Below are positions 30,001 to 38,499 of a stretch of DNA of 59,957 bases, one piece after another. This DNA is from a virus. The first letter of the stretch is position 1. Every line of letters starts with the position of its first letter. Location of the stretch: the IMG/VR virus record IMGVR_UViG_3300025064_000001, one strand, 5' to 3'. The position numbers and the translations under genes are program-made. The notes under the pieces are model-generated. The model did not search any database, was not told where the DNA came from, and saw only the letters and a list, made by a program, of their open reading frames with translations.

Positions 30001-30593
30001 GGCGATACGCTAGGCGCTGGCATGACTAAGCTGTCAATGCCTGTTGGCTCTAAGTATTTAACTAAATACGGTTCGCCAAATTCTTCACTATCAATACCGT
30101 ATGGCTCTAGGTATTTAACGCCGCCTTGAAGATAGAGATCGCCAAATTCTTCTGAGTCTATTCCATCAAGAGTAATGAATTGCTTTTTGTTATATATTAA
30201 TGAATAGCCATGCTCCGAGCTTTCAAAACCATCGGGTGCGGCAGTTTGATGGAAATTAACAATACTGGTATCGTAACCAAATTCTGACGACTGCCAAGAT
30301 TGCCATTCCTCAAAACTAATAACCTCTCTTTTATTCTTGATGCCAGGCTCAGAAACAACAAGCGTTTCTTCTATGCCAATAATGCCATTAACTACCCACT
30401 TTGAACCTTTAATGCTAGGCGCTGATATAGCAAGGGAGTCTATAGGTACTGGAAATAGATATTGAGTCTTACTTATGACGCCTGACTCTGCGGCAAAATT
30501 AAGCGCAATAACATTACCAAGTGGTGGCGTATAGATAAGACCTTTAAAATCTAATGCTATGACGTTGCCGTTAGGTGGTATATATACAGACAT
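27012..30593 (-). CDS. 1,193-aa tail-associated protein with many degenerate G(I/Y)DSxEFG repeats
   Basis: Recurrent motifs IDSEEFGDLYL, IDSEEFGEPYL, SSEFGDTTI, DSSEFGNTAI, DSQEFGDTIV along the whole protein. Confidence 0.7.
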   Translation of the reverse strand: MSVYIPPNGNVIALDFKGLIYTPPLGNVIALNFAAESGVISKTQYLFPVPIDSLAISAPSIKGSKWVVNGIIGIEETLVVSEPGIKNKREVISFEEWQSWQSSEFGYDTSIVNFHQTAAPDGFESSEHGYSLIYNKKQFITLDGIDSEEFGDLYLQGGVKYLEPYGIDSEEFGEPYLVKYLEPTGIDSLVMPAPSVSPRMLYPDGIFQTKIGVPDIRIPVLLPNGFISSLAGTPTVWFHTRNLSPNGILAYESGFAIVADPTQFIQTPSLLTSAIFGDTAIINKSTIIKVKSIDDGRFSDYATLTNKDRYYAPMSIDSLVIGAVLITNKTPSLFVDAIEPFDTGTPAIGHAIRFLQPSGFDHLLLGNAVLTTTPELNPIGSQSSEFGDTTIWYKNRTLDLIQKGIDSFNAGEITVWYGQRPIIPDSWQSSDYGEATLTHQLRELIAQGYKADDYGEAWISFGTRRIEPVAIYTEFPSSHMVGGTQTIMPAGYEATLWGERIIPIRQSLQPLGFTGVWGNATVDLLTKYIAPVGYISVGQQPQDRWGDIVVYNKLQYIVQEYDVNSGLVPPKWSDYLLIANRNIQMNVTGFISQKFGYSQIDNNATPLLPAGIEPPVIAIGMVSHKNRTIALDAIEPPLLSTWGVVHNSGRVIAPVGHDQSQGGNEGTLVNTRREYRNVGRIDSLEMGAPMIAYRIRTIDIEPRYSIAPPQIELPTIDLYTKYLTLRGYETAKYGYPSLSIHFNIIGPSWRHRDNFGYGTVVRNRTPALLVGSFDSSEFGNTAIRTQWRFVKAQGDTATLFGSAMIADTKQQIGLRGWQDSVTSQLHAVTKTGAPPYTTQNIWHANEINPSANGDGSFEEVVGTPSFNQNVLYHAGHDSQEFGDTIVQSNNLYLDVGISTKNIEFGPVVSNKKQHIDVIGIKNEIAIGDQLTVSPFYIYPSSFNQPYDGQAVSVDKFGQHTLTNQHRVIYPDGYTSSIVSESAATDLHTRYVKPPTIRGSFMGIPEIPFTKKTINIDNNSYVGDEHGTATVSRPPYLGAQIVALEGIENSDIGAHSIELLVRNILTVGSDMLEMGISKSDDTPYMWQGLRIGEFVPMNIGAGDTSVFGETVIGLRVREILLEGFVAFRSEYDINAFGKRMKITRSESNADVLTQGVNVIGIDSEIMGAIDTKWGQQFIRPDGSSNQFRKGGYHA

Positions 30594-30612
30594 CGTAGCT
30601 ATCCTTGATGGG

Positions 30613-30963
30613 TTACATAGTCGCTGGTGATACGTTTGATACTATTACGTCTTTCTCGCCAGCGACACGCGCCACTATATCGTATTTAAACCCCATAGGT
30701 ATATTGTTAATACGCCACGTCCCATTAGCTGCTGATACTGTAGTGGCGATAACTGCACCGTCTGCAAAACTACCTGGCTCTGCTCTTAGTAACACCCTTA
30801 CTACTGCTGACGTTGGCACGCCTTTGATTGTCGTCAAACCATTTGGGTGCGTGCCAGCAAAGTACCCATTACCAGTAAGTGCTAACTGAAAGCCCTCATA
30901 GTTCCTAGCAAACCCTGACCGACCTTCGTTTTTTCTCTCGACTATATAGATTTCATCAGGCAT
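30613..30963 (-). CDS. 116-aa virion-block protein (possible small beta-sandwich domain)
   Basis: ORF and position only. Confidence 0.55.
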   Translation of the reverse strand: MPDEIYIVERKNEGRSGFARNYEGFQLALTGNGYFAGTHPNGLTTIKGVPTSAVVRVLLRAEPGSFADGAVIATTVSAANGTWRINNIPMGFKYDIVARVAGEKDVIVSNVSPATM

Positions 30964-30971
30964 AACAATAC

Positions 30972-32000
30972 CTATAAAGTGGTTGGGAATACTGCAATAG
31001 AAAACATATTTAACGGCATCGCGTCCGTTGCTGGATTACTGCTCCCCAAAGAGGGTAGTGCTTGGTATCTCTTATCAACACCAGTTAAATTAACATTGAT
31101 AATACCAAATTCCTGTACTGACAACAGATTAACAAAGCCAAAATTAAAACGGTGTTGCTGTCCGTTAATAATTAACTCTGCTTGCGCCACTCGCGTACCA
31201 CTCGCAGTAGAAAATTGTGAAGCATCACTTAATGAGCCAGCTGCGCCATTATCTCTCTTTACCCAAGATGTGCCTGACAAAACATGGTATCTCAAACATG
31301 AGTATTCGGATTGTCCAGACGTGGGTTCTGTAAACACTCCAGCGCCTCCATTCATAAGACTAATAAACTGAGGCAGGACAACACAAAGATCGCTGCTATT
31401 TTTTGATGATGAAAATACCCCTATACCTAAAACATCGGCAGCTGTCGATGGGTGCTTAGCGTATCCTGACGAAAAATACACCCTTGAACCCTCTTTCCTT
31501 GAAATCCAAAAATGGTCTGCTCCGCAACTTATAGTGATAGGGTTGATTGTGGCTGGTAGGTCGTCAAGAGGGTATAGACCTATAGACAAAGTTTGTGGGT
31601 AAAATACTTGACTTACTGACGCTGGATCAAAAGCTCCACCTATTAAGGTTCTACCAATCTGATAAGACAGTGCTGCAAAAGTGCTGGTTCTATCTGCTAC
31701 AAAATTTATATAATTCACTCTAATATAGAATAATAAACTAGGATGCCTATAAACCTTATAACCTAATAATCGCTCTCCAGCTGCGCCGGACGTTGGTGCA
31801 TGAACTACTTTAGTTTCACCAGCACTAGGCGAGGCTTTAGCGGTAAAAATGCCAGCCTGTCCAGTATATTCGTCACTAGCAACCTGTATCATGCCTGAGT
31901 CAACAATCATGGTATGAATGGTATTCATGGTTAATACTAAAGCAGCAAGGGTATTAACCTCTGTTTCTCTGAGCTTCACTGAGCTTTGTATGGTTGCCAT
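30972..32000 (-). CDS. 342-aa virion structural protein (function unassigned)
   Basis: ORF and position only. Confidence 0.65.
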   Translation of the reverse strand: MATIQSSVKLRETEVNTLAALVLTMNTIHTMIVDSGMIQVASDEYTGQAGIFTAKASPSAGETKVVHAPTSGAAGERLLGYKVYRHPSLLFYIRVNYINFVADRTSTFAALSYQIGRTLIGGAFDPASVSQVFYPQTLSIGLYPLDDLPATINPITISCGADHFWISRKEGSRVYFSSGYAKHPSTAADVLGIGVFSSSKNSSDLCVVLPQFISLMNGGAGVFTEPTSGQSEYSCLRYHVLSGTSWVKRDNGAAGSLSDASQFSTASGTRVAQAELIINGQQHRFNFGFVNLLSVQEFGIINVNLTGVDKRYQALPSLGSSNPATDAMPLNMFSIAVFPTTL

Positions 32001-32368
32001 TATTTCACCTCTTGTATCAATGCGCCCATCGGCGTTTCGTCAGGCCAATAACCCTTAGCTCTATGCCACTTGGCGTACAATTCATACAGCGGCTTATCAC
32101 CCATGCCAGCGCGTCTTTGTACCACCCATTCATCAGCTGACGCGCCAGCGTGCTGGCCGCTTTCTTCAAACACAAACATTTCAAATGATGGTAGGCTGAT
32201 CAGTTTGTTCCAGTCGATGTAGTCTGCTGGCAGGACCATATCACCCATGCCGCCATGTGCGTCAATACCACCAACGCCAGCCGTTTGAGTTGGCGGCTTC
32301 TTCTTGGCGCGTGGCTTGGTAGCTTTTGATGTTGGTGTTTCTACTGGCTTTTCGATAGCGTCCGTCAT
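32000..32368 (-). CDS. 122-aa virion-block protein with a basic N-terminus
   Basis: ORF. Its stop overlaps the next start. Confidence 0.6.
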   Translation of the reverse strand: MTDAIEKPVETPTSKATKPRAKKKPPTQTAGVGGIDAHGGMGDMVLPADYIDWNKLISLPSFEMFVFEESGQHAGASADEWVVQRRAGMGDKPLYELYAKWHRAKGYWPDETPMGALIQEVK

Positions 32369-32379
32369 AGTAATAATCC

Positions 32380-32793
32380 TTATTGTCTGCTTGGCTTGTT
32401 ATCAATCATCAAGCCCTTAATATTTCGTACTGAGTATTCGCCTTGCGTTGACTCGTGCATTGAAGCGGTAAGCCCTCGTATTGCTTCAACACTGGTAAGC
32501 GGCTGGTGTAGGTGAGCGCTTGCCATTGCTAGGTTGTTGCTGATACTTTCATTGGTGACTACACCACGGCCTAATTGGTCGAATAAATCAGCATACATGC
32601 GCTGGCTGGTCTGTAGCGAGTTTTGTAGGTTGCGCCCTTGCTCTACCCAAAAATCACGCTCAATGAGTAAGGCTTTTTGTTTGGCTTCTGAAATATCGGC
32701 GCGCTTTTCCGCTGCGGCCAACTGTCTTTTTAGTTGCATAATCTCTAAACGTGGCTGATCTTCTGCCTCTTGAAATCTTCCCATGATTGTCAC
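32380..32793 (-). CDS. 137-aa coiled-coil protein
   Basis: ORF. Heptad-like QLKRQLAAAEKRADISEAKQKALL. Confidence 0.6.
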   Translation of the reverse strand: MTIMGRFQEAEDQPRLEIMQLKRQLAAAEKRADISEAKQKALLIERDFWVEQGRNLQNSLQTSQRMYADLFDQLGRGVVTNESISNNLAMASAHLHQPLTSVEAIRGLTASMHESTQGEYSVRNIKGLMIDNKPSRQ

Positions 32794-32853
32794 CCTAAGT
32801 CGTTGATAGTATGCCGTTGCTCATATCTGAGCAACGGTCTATCGCCTAGTATA

Positions 32854-33261
32854 TTACAGCTTAAAGATTTTGTTTGTACCATTATCCCATGTGACGATAA
32901 TATCACCGCCGTTAGGTGTGATAGGCAAGCCAGTAGCGGTATCAATATAAGCAATCAAGGGGCTGGTCGCTTCTGAGCTGGTATCTTTGTAGATAATAAT
33001 CGCTTCAATACTCGCGCCTGTTACTGAGCTGAATGTAATGTCAGCGGCGTCAGCGGCACCGCCAGCCGTTGATTTAGCAGTCAGCGTTACTGGGCCAGCA
33101 ATACGCGCAGACGTTGCAATATCTGATAGGTACTCATGCGTCTGTGTTTGTGGCGTGTATGCGCCAGTATCAACTAGATAGACTTTGATGGTATCAGTCT
33201 GCCAGTTAATCTGCCCTTCTAAGAACCGCTTACGTGCGGCATCGTATAACGTATTAGCCAT
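32854..33261 (-). CDS. 135-aa virion structural protein
   Basis: ORF and position downstream of the head genes. Confidence 0.6.
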   Translation of the reverse strand: MANTLYDAARKRFLEGQINWQTDTIKVYLVDTGAYTPQTQTHEYLSDIATSARIAGPVTLTAKSTAGGAADAADITFSSVTGASIEAIIIYKDTSSEATSPLIAYIDTATGLPITPNGGDIIVTWDNGTNKIFKL

Positions 33262-33282
33262 CAGGCTGTCTCCTGTATTAAA

Positions 33283-33957
33283 TTAAACCCAAAATGGCGC
33301 GACCACATGGGGAACGTCGTGTCGTGTGATACGCCGTAAGTCTGAATCAGGTCGCTCACCAAAGTATTTGGTAAATTCCTGCTCAGCCAAGGCAGATCGA
33401 TTCATATCAAAAACTTCGGAATCTGGAATCCCAAAGCCTTTATGTAGCGCCCATTGAATAAGATACTCGTGGTGAATGATGTTAATCTCAGGTCTATCGG
33501 TATCGAGCACCATCGGCGCAAGTGGTGTGCGATAGCCTTCAATGGTAATCACGCCAGCCGTGTTCGGCGCTGGCACGAGGCGAATGTTTGTATCGTGCTG
33601 AATCGCGTACTCCGGCGTGGCATAGTCGCGTGTGCGCCAGTCATGCCAGATATCAGCCATATCTTCTTGCGATACCAGTTGCAAGTCGTTCACTTTGTAA
33701 GGGTTGTCGGCGCTCAACCAGTGAAGACTGTCTATCTCATATAGTGATTCATGCAGCGCGTAGACCGAAACATTAGGCTGCGTACTGACAGTACAAACGC
33801 CAGTGGTGGTAGAGTCATGAATAAGTCGACCACGGATAGCCGCTTCTTTCACCCCATCGTTTAACCAGTCGGTAATGTCTTCGTCGCTGAATAAATACGG
33901 CTGCTCTTTATCAAACGCTAAGACGCGAAACTGGCGTATCAATTCAGACAAAATCAT
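33283..33957 (-). CDS. 224-aa virion protein, possible head-tail adaptor
   Basis: Position after the capsid genes. N-terminal pattern FSDEDITDWLNDGVKEAAIRG. Confidence 0.5.
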   Translation of the reverse strand: MILSELIRQFRVLAFDKEQPYLFSDEDITDWLNDGVKEAAIRGRLIHDSTTTGVCTVSTQPNVSVYALHESLYEIDSLHWLSADNPYKVNDLQLVSQEDMADIWHDWRTRDYATPEYAIQHDTNIRLVPAPNTAGVITIEGYRTPLAPMVLDTDRPEINIIHHEYLIQWALHKGFGIPDSEVFDMNRSALAEQEFTKYFGERPDSDLRRITRHDVPHVVAPFWV

Positions 33958-34508
33958 TACGGTGCTCCAAACTGGTCAATCATGGCCGTGACATCAAGAC
34001 GGATGTTTTCAACCGACTTTGAGTTGTTGGTGTTTTGCTGATAGTGATTCTGTGCAAAGTCTTTTAGCGCCGGCTTGTCCATGACATTCACTTGGTCATA
34101 CAAGGCTTGCAACTCGCGCTGCTCATCATCCTTGTCTTTATTCTTAGCTTCCTGCTCATCAAGCAGTGCTTGCGTGTCATCAGGCTTTTGATCGCTGTCA
34201 TCCGGCGTATCATCTTTTGACGTCGAATCCGCTTTACCATCGTCATCTTTTTCATCAGGCTTCGCCTTTTCAAGATTAACTTTCGCTGGTGGTGCATCGT
34301 CCTTTGATGGATCGACTGGCGGCTCTTCTTCGACCACTGGCTCGAATTTCTCAAAGAGGTCTTCGTGACGTAAAAATTTGCGTGCCATATCCCAAGGGAT
34401 AGTGCGAACTTGATTGCAATCAAAGACAAGGCCAGTGCGGTAGAGACGGTCATGCCACGGCTCACGCTTGCCAATGTACTTGATGGACACTTCATCTGGC
34501 TTACTCAT
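33957..34508 (-). CDS. 183-aa protein with a highly acidic/Lys-rich central region
   Basis: ORF with AGGAG 9 nt upstream of the ATG. Confidence 0.65.
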   Translation of the reverse strand: MSKPDEVSIKYIGKREPWHDRLYRTGLVFDCNQVRTIPWDMARKFLRHEDLFEKFEPVVEEEPPVDPSKDDAPPAKVNLEKAKPDEKDDDGKADSTSKDDTPDDSDQKPDDTQALLDEQEAKNKDKDDEQRELQALYDQVNVMDKPALKDFAQNHYQQNTNNSKSVENIRLDVTAMIDQFGAP

Positions 34509-34522
34509 TGTTAGGTTGCTCC

Positions 34523-34561
34523 TAAAAAAATAGACTGACTGAAACCAGCCAGCCTATTTTT
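34523..34561 (-). terminator. Hairpin terminator/attenuator after the capsid-associated gene (12-bp stem including 2 G-U pairs, then a T-run)
   Basis: Minus strand: ATAGGCTGGCTG-gttt-CAGTCAGTCTAT followed by TTTTTTT. Confidence 0.65.
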
Positions 34562-34593
34562 GTTATCGTTAGACTTCTTATTCCTGACCAGGC

Positions 34594-35076
34594 TTATCGA
34601 TAGCCGGTCAGCTCGCCTGTTACCGTGACTTTGATATCTGCTTCTTTGGCATTAGCAGCACCAGCGAGCGTTAAGATTAGGCGGGCAGACTTAGGTAGCA
34701 CAACCAAGTTATTGCCGTCAGCACGTAAGCGCCCAGCAGTAGCAAGGTCAGCGCCAGCTTTGATAAAGTATTCTGCATCTTGCGGTACGTCTGTGTCATC
34801 TTCACCATCTGCGTAAGAAAATCCTAAGCTGCCAGTAACGGTTGCGCTCAGACCTTTAGTGATAAAAACTTGCGCGTCAGTTAAGCACCAGCCTTCTAGT
34901 AGCTCACCTAAGTCAATCACATCACCTGCTTTTGGCGCTGTGGCTGAATCACTGTTAGCAAGTACGCCGCCAGTGTTGGCTTTTAGGTAGTACGCTTGGG
35001 TGGTGCTATTGCCGTAAGGGGCGGTGACGGTATAAAAGTGAGTCATCACTTTGTTGTTTGTCTTGATTGTAGCCAT
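34594..35076 (-). CDS. 160-aa capsid-associated (decoration-like) protein
   Basis: Immediately downstream of the major capsid gene and followed by an attenuator. Confidence 0.5.
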   Translation of the reverse strand: MATIKTNNKVMTHFYTVTAPYGNSTTQAYYLKANTGGVLANSDSATAPKAGDVIDLGELLEGWCLTDAQVFITKGLSATVTGSLGFSYADGEDDTDVPQDAEYFIKAGADLATAGRLRADGNNLVVLPKSARLILTLAGAANAKEADIKVTVTGELTGYR

Positions 35077-35141
35077 AAGGCTATCTCCTATTTTTTAAGT
35101 TGATGGGTCAAACGCTGGCGTGCCAGCGCTTAACGATAGCC

Positions 35142-36431
35142 TTACTTACCGCGACCGAATGAATCGACCGCTGTATCGACCACAGTGATACCGTAGTCGG
35201 TGAACTCATGGCCGTTGCCTGTATCGATATCAAAGCGGATTTTACTCACGCCACGAATCGCACCGATCAATAGCTCAACCTTATCGCCATGGTCTAGCTC
35301 TTTTTCTGACCAGAAGAACGGCATACCTGAACCTTTATGAGCCGCCATTGCTTCAGCGACCGCCTGACCACCTAGGATAAGTGAACGGTCAATCGCAAAC
35401 TTATCGGTAAAGCTGGCAGGTACTTTAGCGGTGCCTTCTGCTTCACTGTTGTACGAGGTGCTGTACTGCATTTCATCGCCAGCGTAGAAGCGAATCGGAC
35501 GCGGCATCTTGATCATCAAAAAGCCATTCCAGATACCAGCCTGACCTTTGAACAATGGATGACCAGCCGCTTGAGCCGCACGAGCCAATGCCGCCGCTTG
35601 GAATTGACGGAACGCAGGGTCAGCGGCAAACTTGTTGTACTGAGCCGGAGATAACATCCATACACGCAATGGGTCGTCATCTGACATCGTATCGCCTTCA
35701 AACTTGACGATAGGCGGCGGCAGTGCGATTTGGTCCATTAGCGACTTCATGCTATCGATGGTATCCATCTTCAGCATGTCAGCGGTGGTGATATCAATCT
35801 CACCGCCAGTCTGCTTGAATTGCTGAATACTATCGCCCGTCGCTAAGTAGTGACGGTTTTTGGTGGGCGCTTTGACGCGGTTGACCATAATCTCTTTAAA
35901 CTTCGGATCATCTTTAGTCGGTACCACCCACTCGATATTGTCTTGATAACCACGAGCACCAGCCATGTGAACAAGTAGTGACTGGTCAACGTAGCGAGCC
36001 ATCAAGCTCTCGGCCACTGGACGACCCATAGCACGAAAATCTACTGGCGAGCGAATACCAGTCATCACATCGCCCATATCGATTGGGAAACGTGCTTGGT
36101 TGACGCGCAGCTTGTCTTCACTAAACGACATGCCAGTACCGCGACCTTCGGCAAAATTACTGCCCATAATGGGTTTAGCGCCCATCGGGTTTAGCAAATG
36201 AAAGGTCACTTCATCGCCGGTGCCTTTACCCAAGTCTTGCACCTGGACAATCGGCATGTGCTGCGTGGTTTGTTTACGAACAGTCGCTTCAGCACCAGCC
36301 GTACCTTTTGGCATTTTGCCAGTCAGCTTGTTCATGGTGCCGTTTCGGTTCATGTGAGTCGCAAACAAGCCAGCGGCTTGAACGACCATGTTTTTCTTAT
36401 CGCCATATCCGGCGTGGGTTTTGGTAGCCAT
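35142..36431 (-). CDS. Major capsid protein (resembles the N4 gp56 / epsilon15-type family from memory)
   Basis: 429 aa, located after the scaffold gene. Segments PIVQVQDLGKGTGDEVTFHLLNP and QSLLVHMAGARG recall that family. Confidence 0.7.
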   Translation of the reverse strand: MATKTHAGYGDKKNMVVQAAGLFATHMNRNGTMNKLTGKMPKGTAGAEATVRKQTTQHMPIVQVQDLGKGTGDEVTFHLLNPMGAKPIMGSNFAEGRGTGMSFSEDKLRVNQARFPIDMGDVMTGIRSPVDFRAMGRPVAESLMARYVDQSLLVHMAGARGYQDNIEWVVPTKDDPKFKEIMVNRVKAPTKNRHYLATGDSIQQFKQTGGEIDITTADMLKMDTIDSMKSLMDQIALPPPIVKFEGDTMSDDDPLRVWMLSPAQYNKFAADPAFRQFQAAALARAAQAAGHPLFKGQAGIWNGFLMIKMPRPIRFYAGDEMQYSTSYNSEAEGTAKVPASFTDKFAIDRSLILGGQAVAEAMAAHKGSGMPFFWSEKELDHGDKVELLIGAIRGVSKIRFDIDTGNGHEFTDYGITVVDTAVDSFGRGK

Positions 36432-36442
36432 CTATGCCACTC

Positions 36443-37477
36443 CTAAAGGTTGTTTAAGTATTGCTCGCGCTTCTCAGGCGACCAGTTCATCATTTCATCA
36501 GCAAGCTCGATACCGGACATTGAGTCCATCTGCTCAGCGATGTTGGTTGCGCCTTTATGTCCACCAGGTATGTCGCTTAGGCTGGCAGGAATTGGGGGCG
36601 CTGCATTATCGATTGCCTCGCGTGCCTTGGCTTTTAAGTCATCAGTTGATGGCTTATCGGCTTTGGCAGGCTCAGCGGTGCTATTGGTTGACTGCTTATA
36701 GTTATTGAGTAGTTCGACCACTTGTTCGGCCGTACCTTGTGCTAAGACGCCATCGAGCGCGGCTTGAACGTAGGTAGGCTGTGCGCCTTTCCATGTTTCA
36801 AACTCGCCACTCTCTAAGATGGAATCAATATCTTGGTGAGCTTCGTAAATGGTCCGATAGTGCGCGGCTTCTGCACTCTCTTGCTCGCGTGCCTGTATTG
36901 GCTGCAACGCTTGAGCAACTTGCGCATCGACCTGAGCTTTCACGCGCTCATCAATCAGCTTGTTAATACCTTCTGCCAAAGCCTCTTCAGAGAAATCTCC
37001 AAAGTAGTCAGGGTTCACGCCAGCATCGATTGCGGCCTGTGCCGTCTCAATGTCCTGCTCTTGCTGCGTAGGTGCAACAGTGGCAGGCGTTTGGTTTTGC
37101 TTGCGTAAAATTTCTAACTCAGCATTGGCAGCGGCTAACGCTTCTTGTGATACGCGGTCACGCTCACGCGCTTCGACCAGCTTTTCATAAGGAATGGTGT
37201 GTACGCCATCACGAGCGAGGACCACCTTTTCACCTTCAACATCATCGTTCGACGAGTCATTAGGCGTGTCAGCGGGGGATTCTGTGGCTGGCGTGTCATC
37301 CTTATCATCAGGCTCAGTGGTCTGCTCATTCGCTGCGGTATCGGCTGGCGTGTCGATACTTTCCGATTGCTCGGTATCGCCATTCATACTCATTTCTAAG
37401 TATTGCGCTGCTTGTTGAGGCGACCAATCACCATCATCAAAGCTGTCATCAATAAAACTATTTGCATCAACTGTCAT
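36443..37477 (-). CDS. Scaffolding protein candidate (acidic, Ala/Gln/Glu-rich, helical)
   Basis: Composition and position between the portal block and the capsid gene. First gene after late-motif copy 3. Confidence 0.6.
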   Translation of the reverse strand: MTVDANSFIDDSFDDGDWSPQQAAQYLEMSMNGDTEQSESIDTPADTAANEQTTEPDDKDDTPATESPADTPNDSSNDDVEGEKVVLARDGVHTIPYEKLVEARERDRVSQEALAAANAELEILRKQNQTPATVAPTQQEQDIETAQAAIDAGVNPDYFGDFSEEALAEGINKLIDERVKAQVDAQVAQALQPIQAREQESAEAAHYRTIYEAHQDIDSILESGEFETWKGAQPTYVQAALDGVLAQGTAEQVVELLNNYKQSTNSTAEPAKADKPSTDDLKAKAREAIDNAAPPIPASLSDIPGGHKGATNIAEQMDSMSGIELADEMMNWSPEKREQYLNNL

Positions 37478-37576
37478 TAATCTGTCCTTTACCCATGTCG
37501 GAGGGCTACCGTTAAAAAACAGGTTTCGCCACTAGCAATGGCTTGATAACAATTTAAGCGTTGGCAAGCTTTTATG

Positions 37577-37592
37577 CGAACCTTATAGGGGT
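37577..37592 (-). promoter_or_regulatory. Late-unit element copy 3: ACCCCTATAAGGTTCG, with TTGGCT 17 nt upstream of TATAAG
   Basis: Exact copy, 100 nt upstream of the 37477 start and about 30 nt after a terminator. Confidence 0.6.
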
Positions 37593-37621
37593 GTCGGGCT
37601 TGCCAGCCAAATTTTGGGCAC

Positions 37622-37648
37622 AAAAAAACCACCGCGAAGGGTGGTTTT
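37622..37648 (-). terminator. Rho-independent terminator after the portal-proximal small genes
   Basis: Minus strand: AACCACC-cttcgc-GGTGGTT followed by TTTTTTTG. Confidence 0.85.
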
Positions 37649-37673
37649 GGTTCATCTGAATAGGTTTATCGCA

Positions 37674-37871
37674 CTACTGTTCGTGTCTTGGTTGGGCGTC
37701 ATACTCGCTAAGCATTAAGTCGATAGTATCTCGCACTTCTTTCAGCTTATCTCTAGGGATATGAACACACTCGTCATCGTCCATGTCAGTAAGATAAACA
37801 TCGCCGCCTCTAATGACTATCTCTAGCTCGCCATTAAACTCACCCATGTATAACTTCTTAATGACCATCAC
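37674..37871 (-). CDS. 65-aa acidic protein
   Basis: ORF with about 16 D/E against 8 K/R. 4-nt overlap with the upstream gene. Confidence 0.6.
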   Translation of the reverse strand: MMVIKKLYMGEFNGELEIVIRGGDVYLTDMDDDECVHIPRDKLKEVRDTIDLMLSEYDAQPRHEQ

Positions 37872-38206
37872 TCCACCTCATTAATCAACTGCCGCAACGC
37901 CTCACCAATTCCCACGCCTTGCGTCTTAGGCTTGGCACGAAACAGTAGCACGTCATTGTCGGTCAGCATGTCGTTGATGGTAATGCGCATCTGACTGCTA
38001 GGATTGCTCACATCATTCTGTGATAGTTCGACTGGCGCGGATTCTAAGCTCTCGCGTATCAGCTCGCCATTGGCAGTATTAACCATCATGGTTGCTGGCG
38101 CGTCATCGCTACTGGTAAAGCTGTATAGGTACTCAGTGACAGTCATGCCCTTCTCGCTCAGGCTGACAGCTTCGGCTTGACCATTCATAAGTAAGTCGAT
38201 GTTCAT
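37868..38206 (-). CDS. 112-aa acidic protein
   Basis: ORF with about 20 D/E against 7 K/R. 1-nt overlap with the upstream gene. Confidence 0.6.
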   Translation of the reverse strand: MNIDLLMNGQAEAVSLSEKGMTVTEYLYSFTSSDDAPATMMVNTANGELIRESLESAPVELSQNDVSNPSSQMRITINDMLTDNDVLLFRAKPKTQGVGIGEALRQLINEVE

Positions 38207-38499
38207 TATTTGTCTTCCTTGTTCTCGCCAGCATGGTCAACGCTTGGTGTGCCCATTGCGAAGCGGTCTATGGGTTCTTTTTTGCTTTGTTCTTTTTTCT
38301 GCAAGTGAGTGGCTAAATCAATCAATCTGTTAGCTAACAATGCAGCCTGACTGATATTTAAACTGGTTGCTAAGCATATGCTGCTTGGATAATCCTGTTT
38401 TCGCATTGCGATAATCAGATCATCATTGCTATCAATAAACACACGCAATGACATACCATCAAGGTCGCCAAGGTTCAGTTCTTCAAATACTTCTGACAT
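38206..38499 (-). CDS. 97-aa acidic protein
   Basis: ORF between the portal and scaffold genes. Confidence 0.6.
   Translation of the reverse strand: MSEVFEELNLGDLDGMSLRVFIDSNDDLIIAMRKQDYPSSICLATSLNISQAALLANRLIDLATHLQKKEQSKKEPIDRFAMGTPSVDHAGENKEDK

Noticed and set aside
34088-34495. An alternative-frame 135-aa ORF within 33957..34508.
   Set aside because: It is on the same strand in a different frame, across a biased Lys/Asp/Glu-rich stretch. It has no independent RBS and is a compositional artefact.
35107-35126. The hairpin CGCTGGC-gt-GCCAGCG after the major capsid gene as a terminator.
   Set aside because: The 2-nt loop is sterically poor and only TTTG follows. It is built from the generally abundant GCTGGC/GCCAGC hexamers. 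At most it is a weak attenuator.
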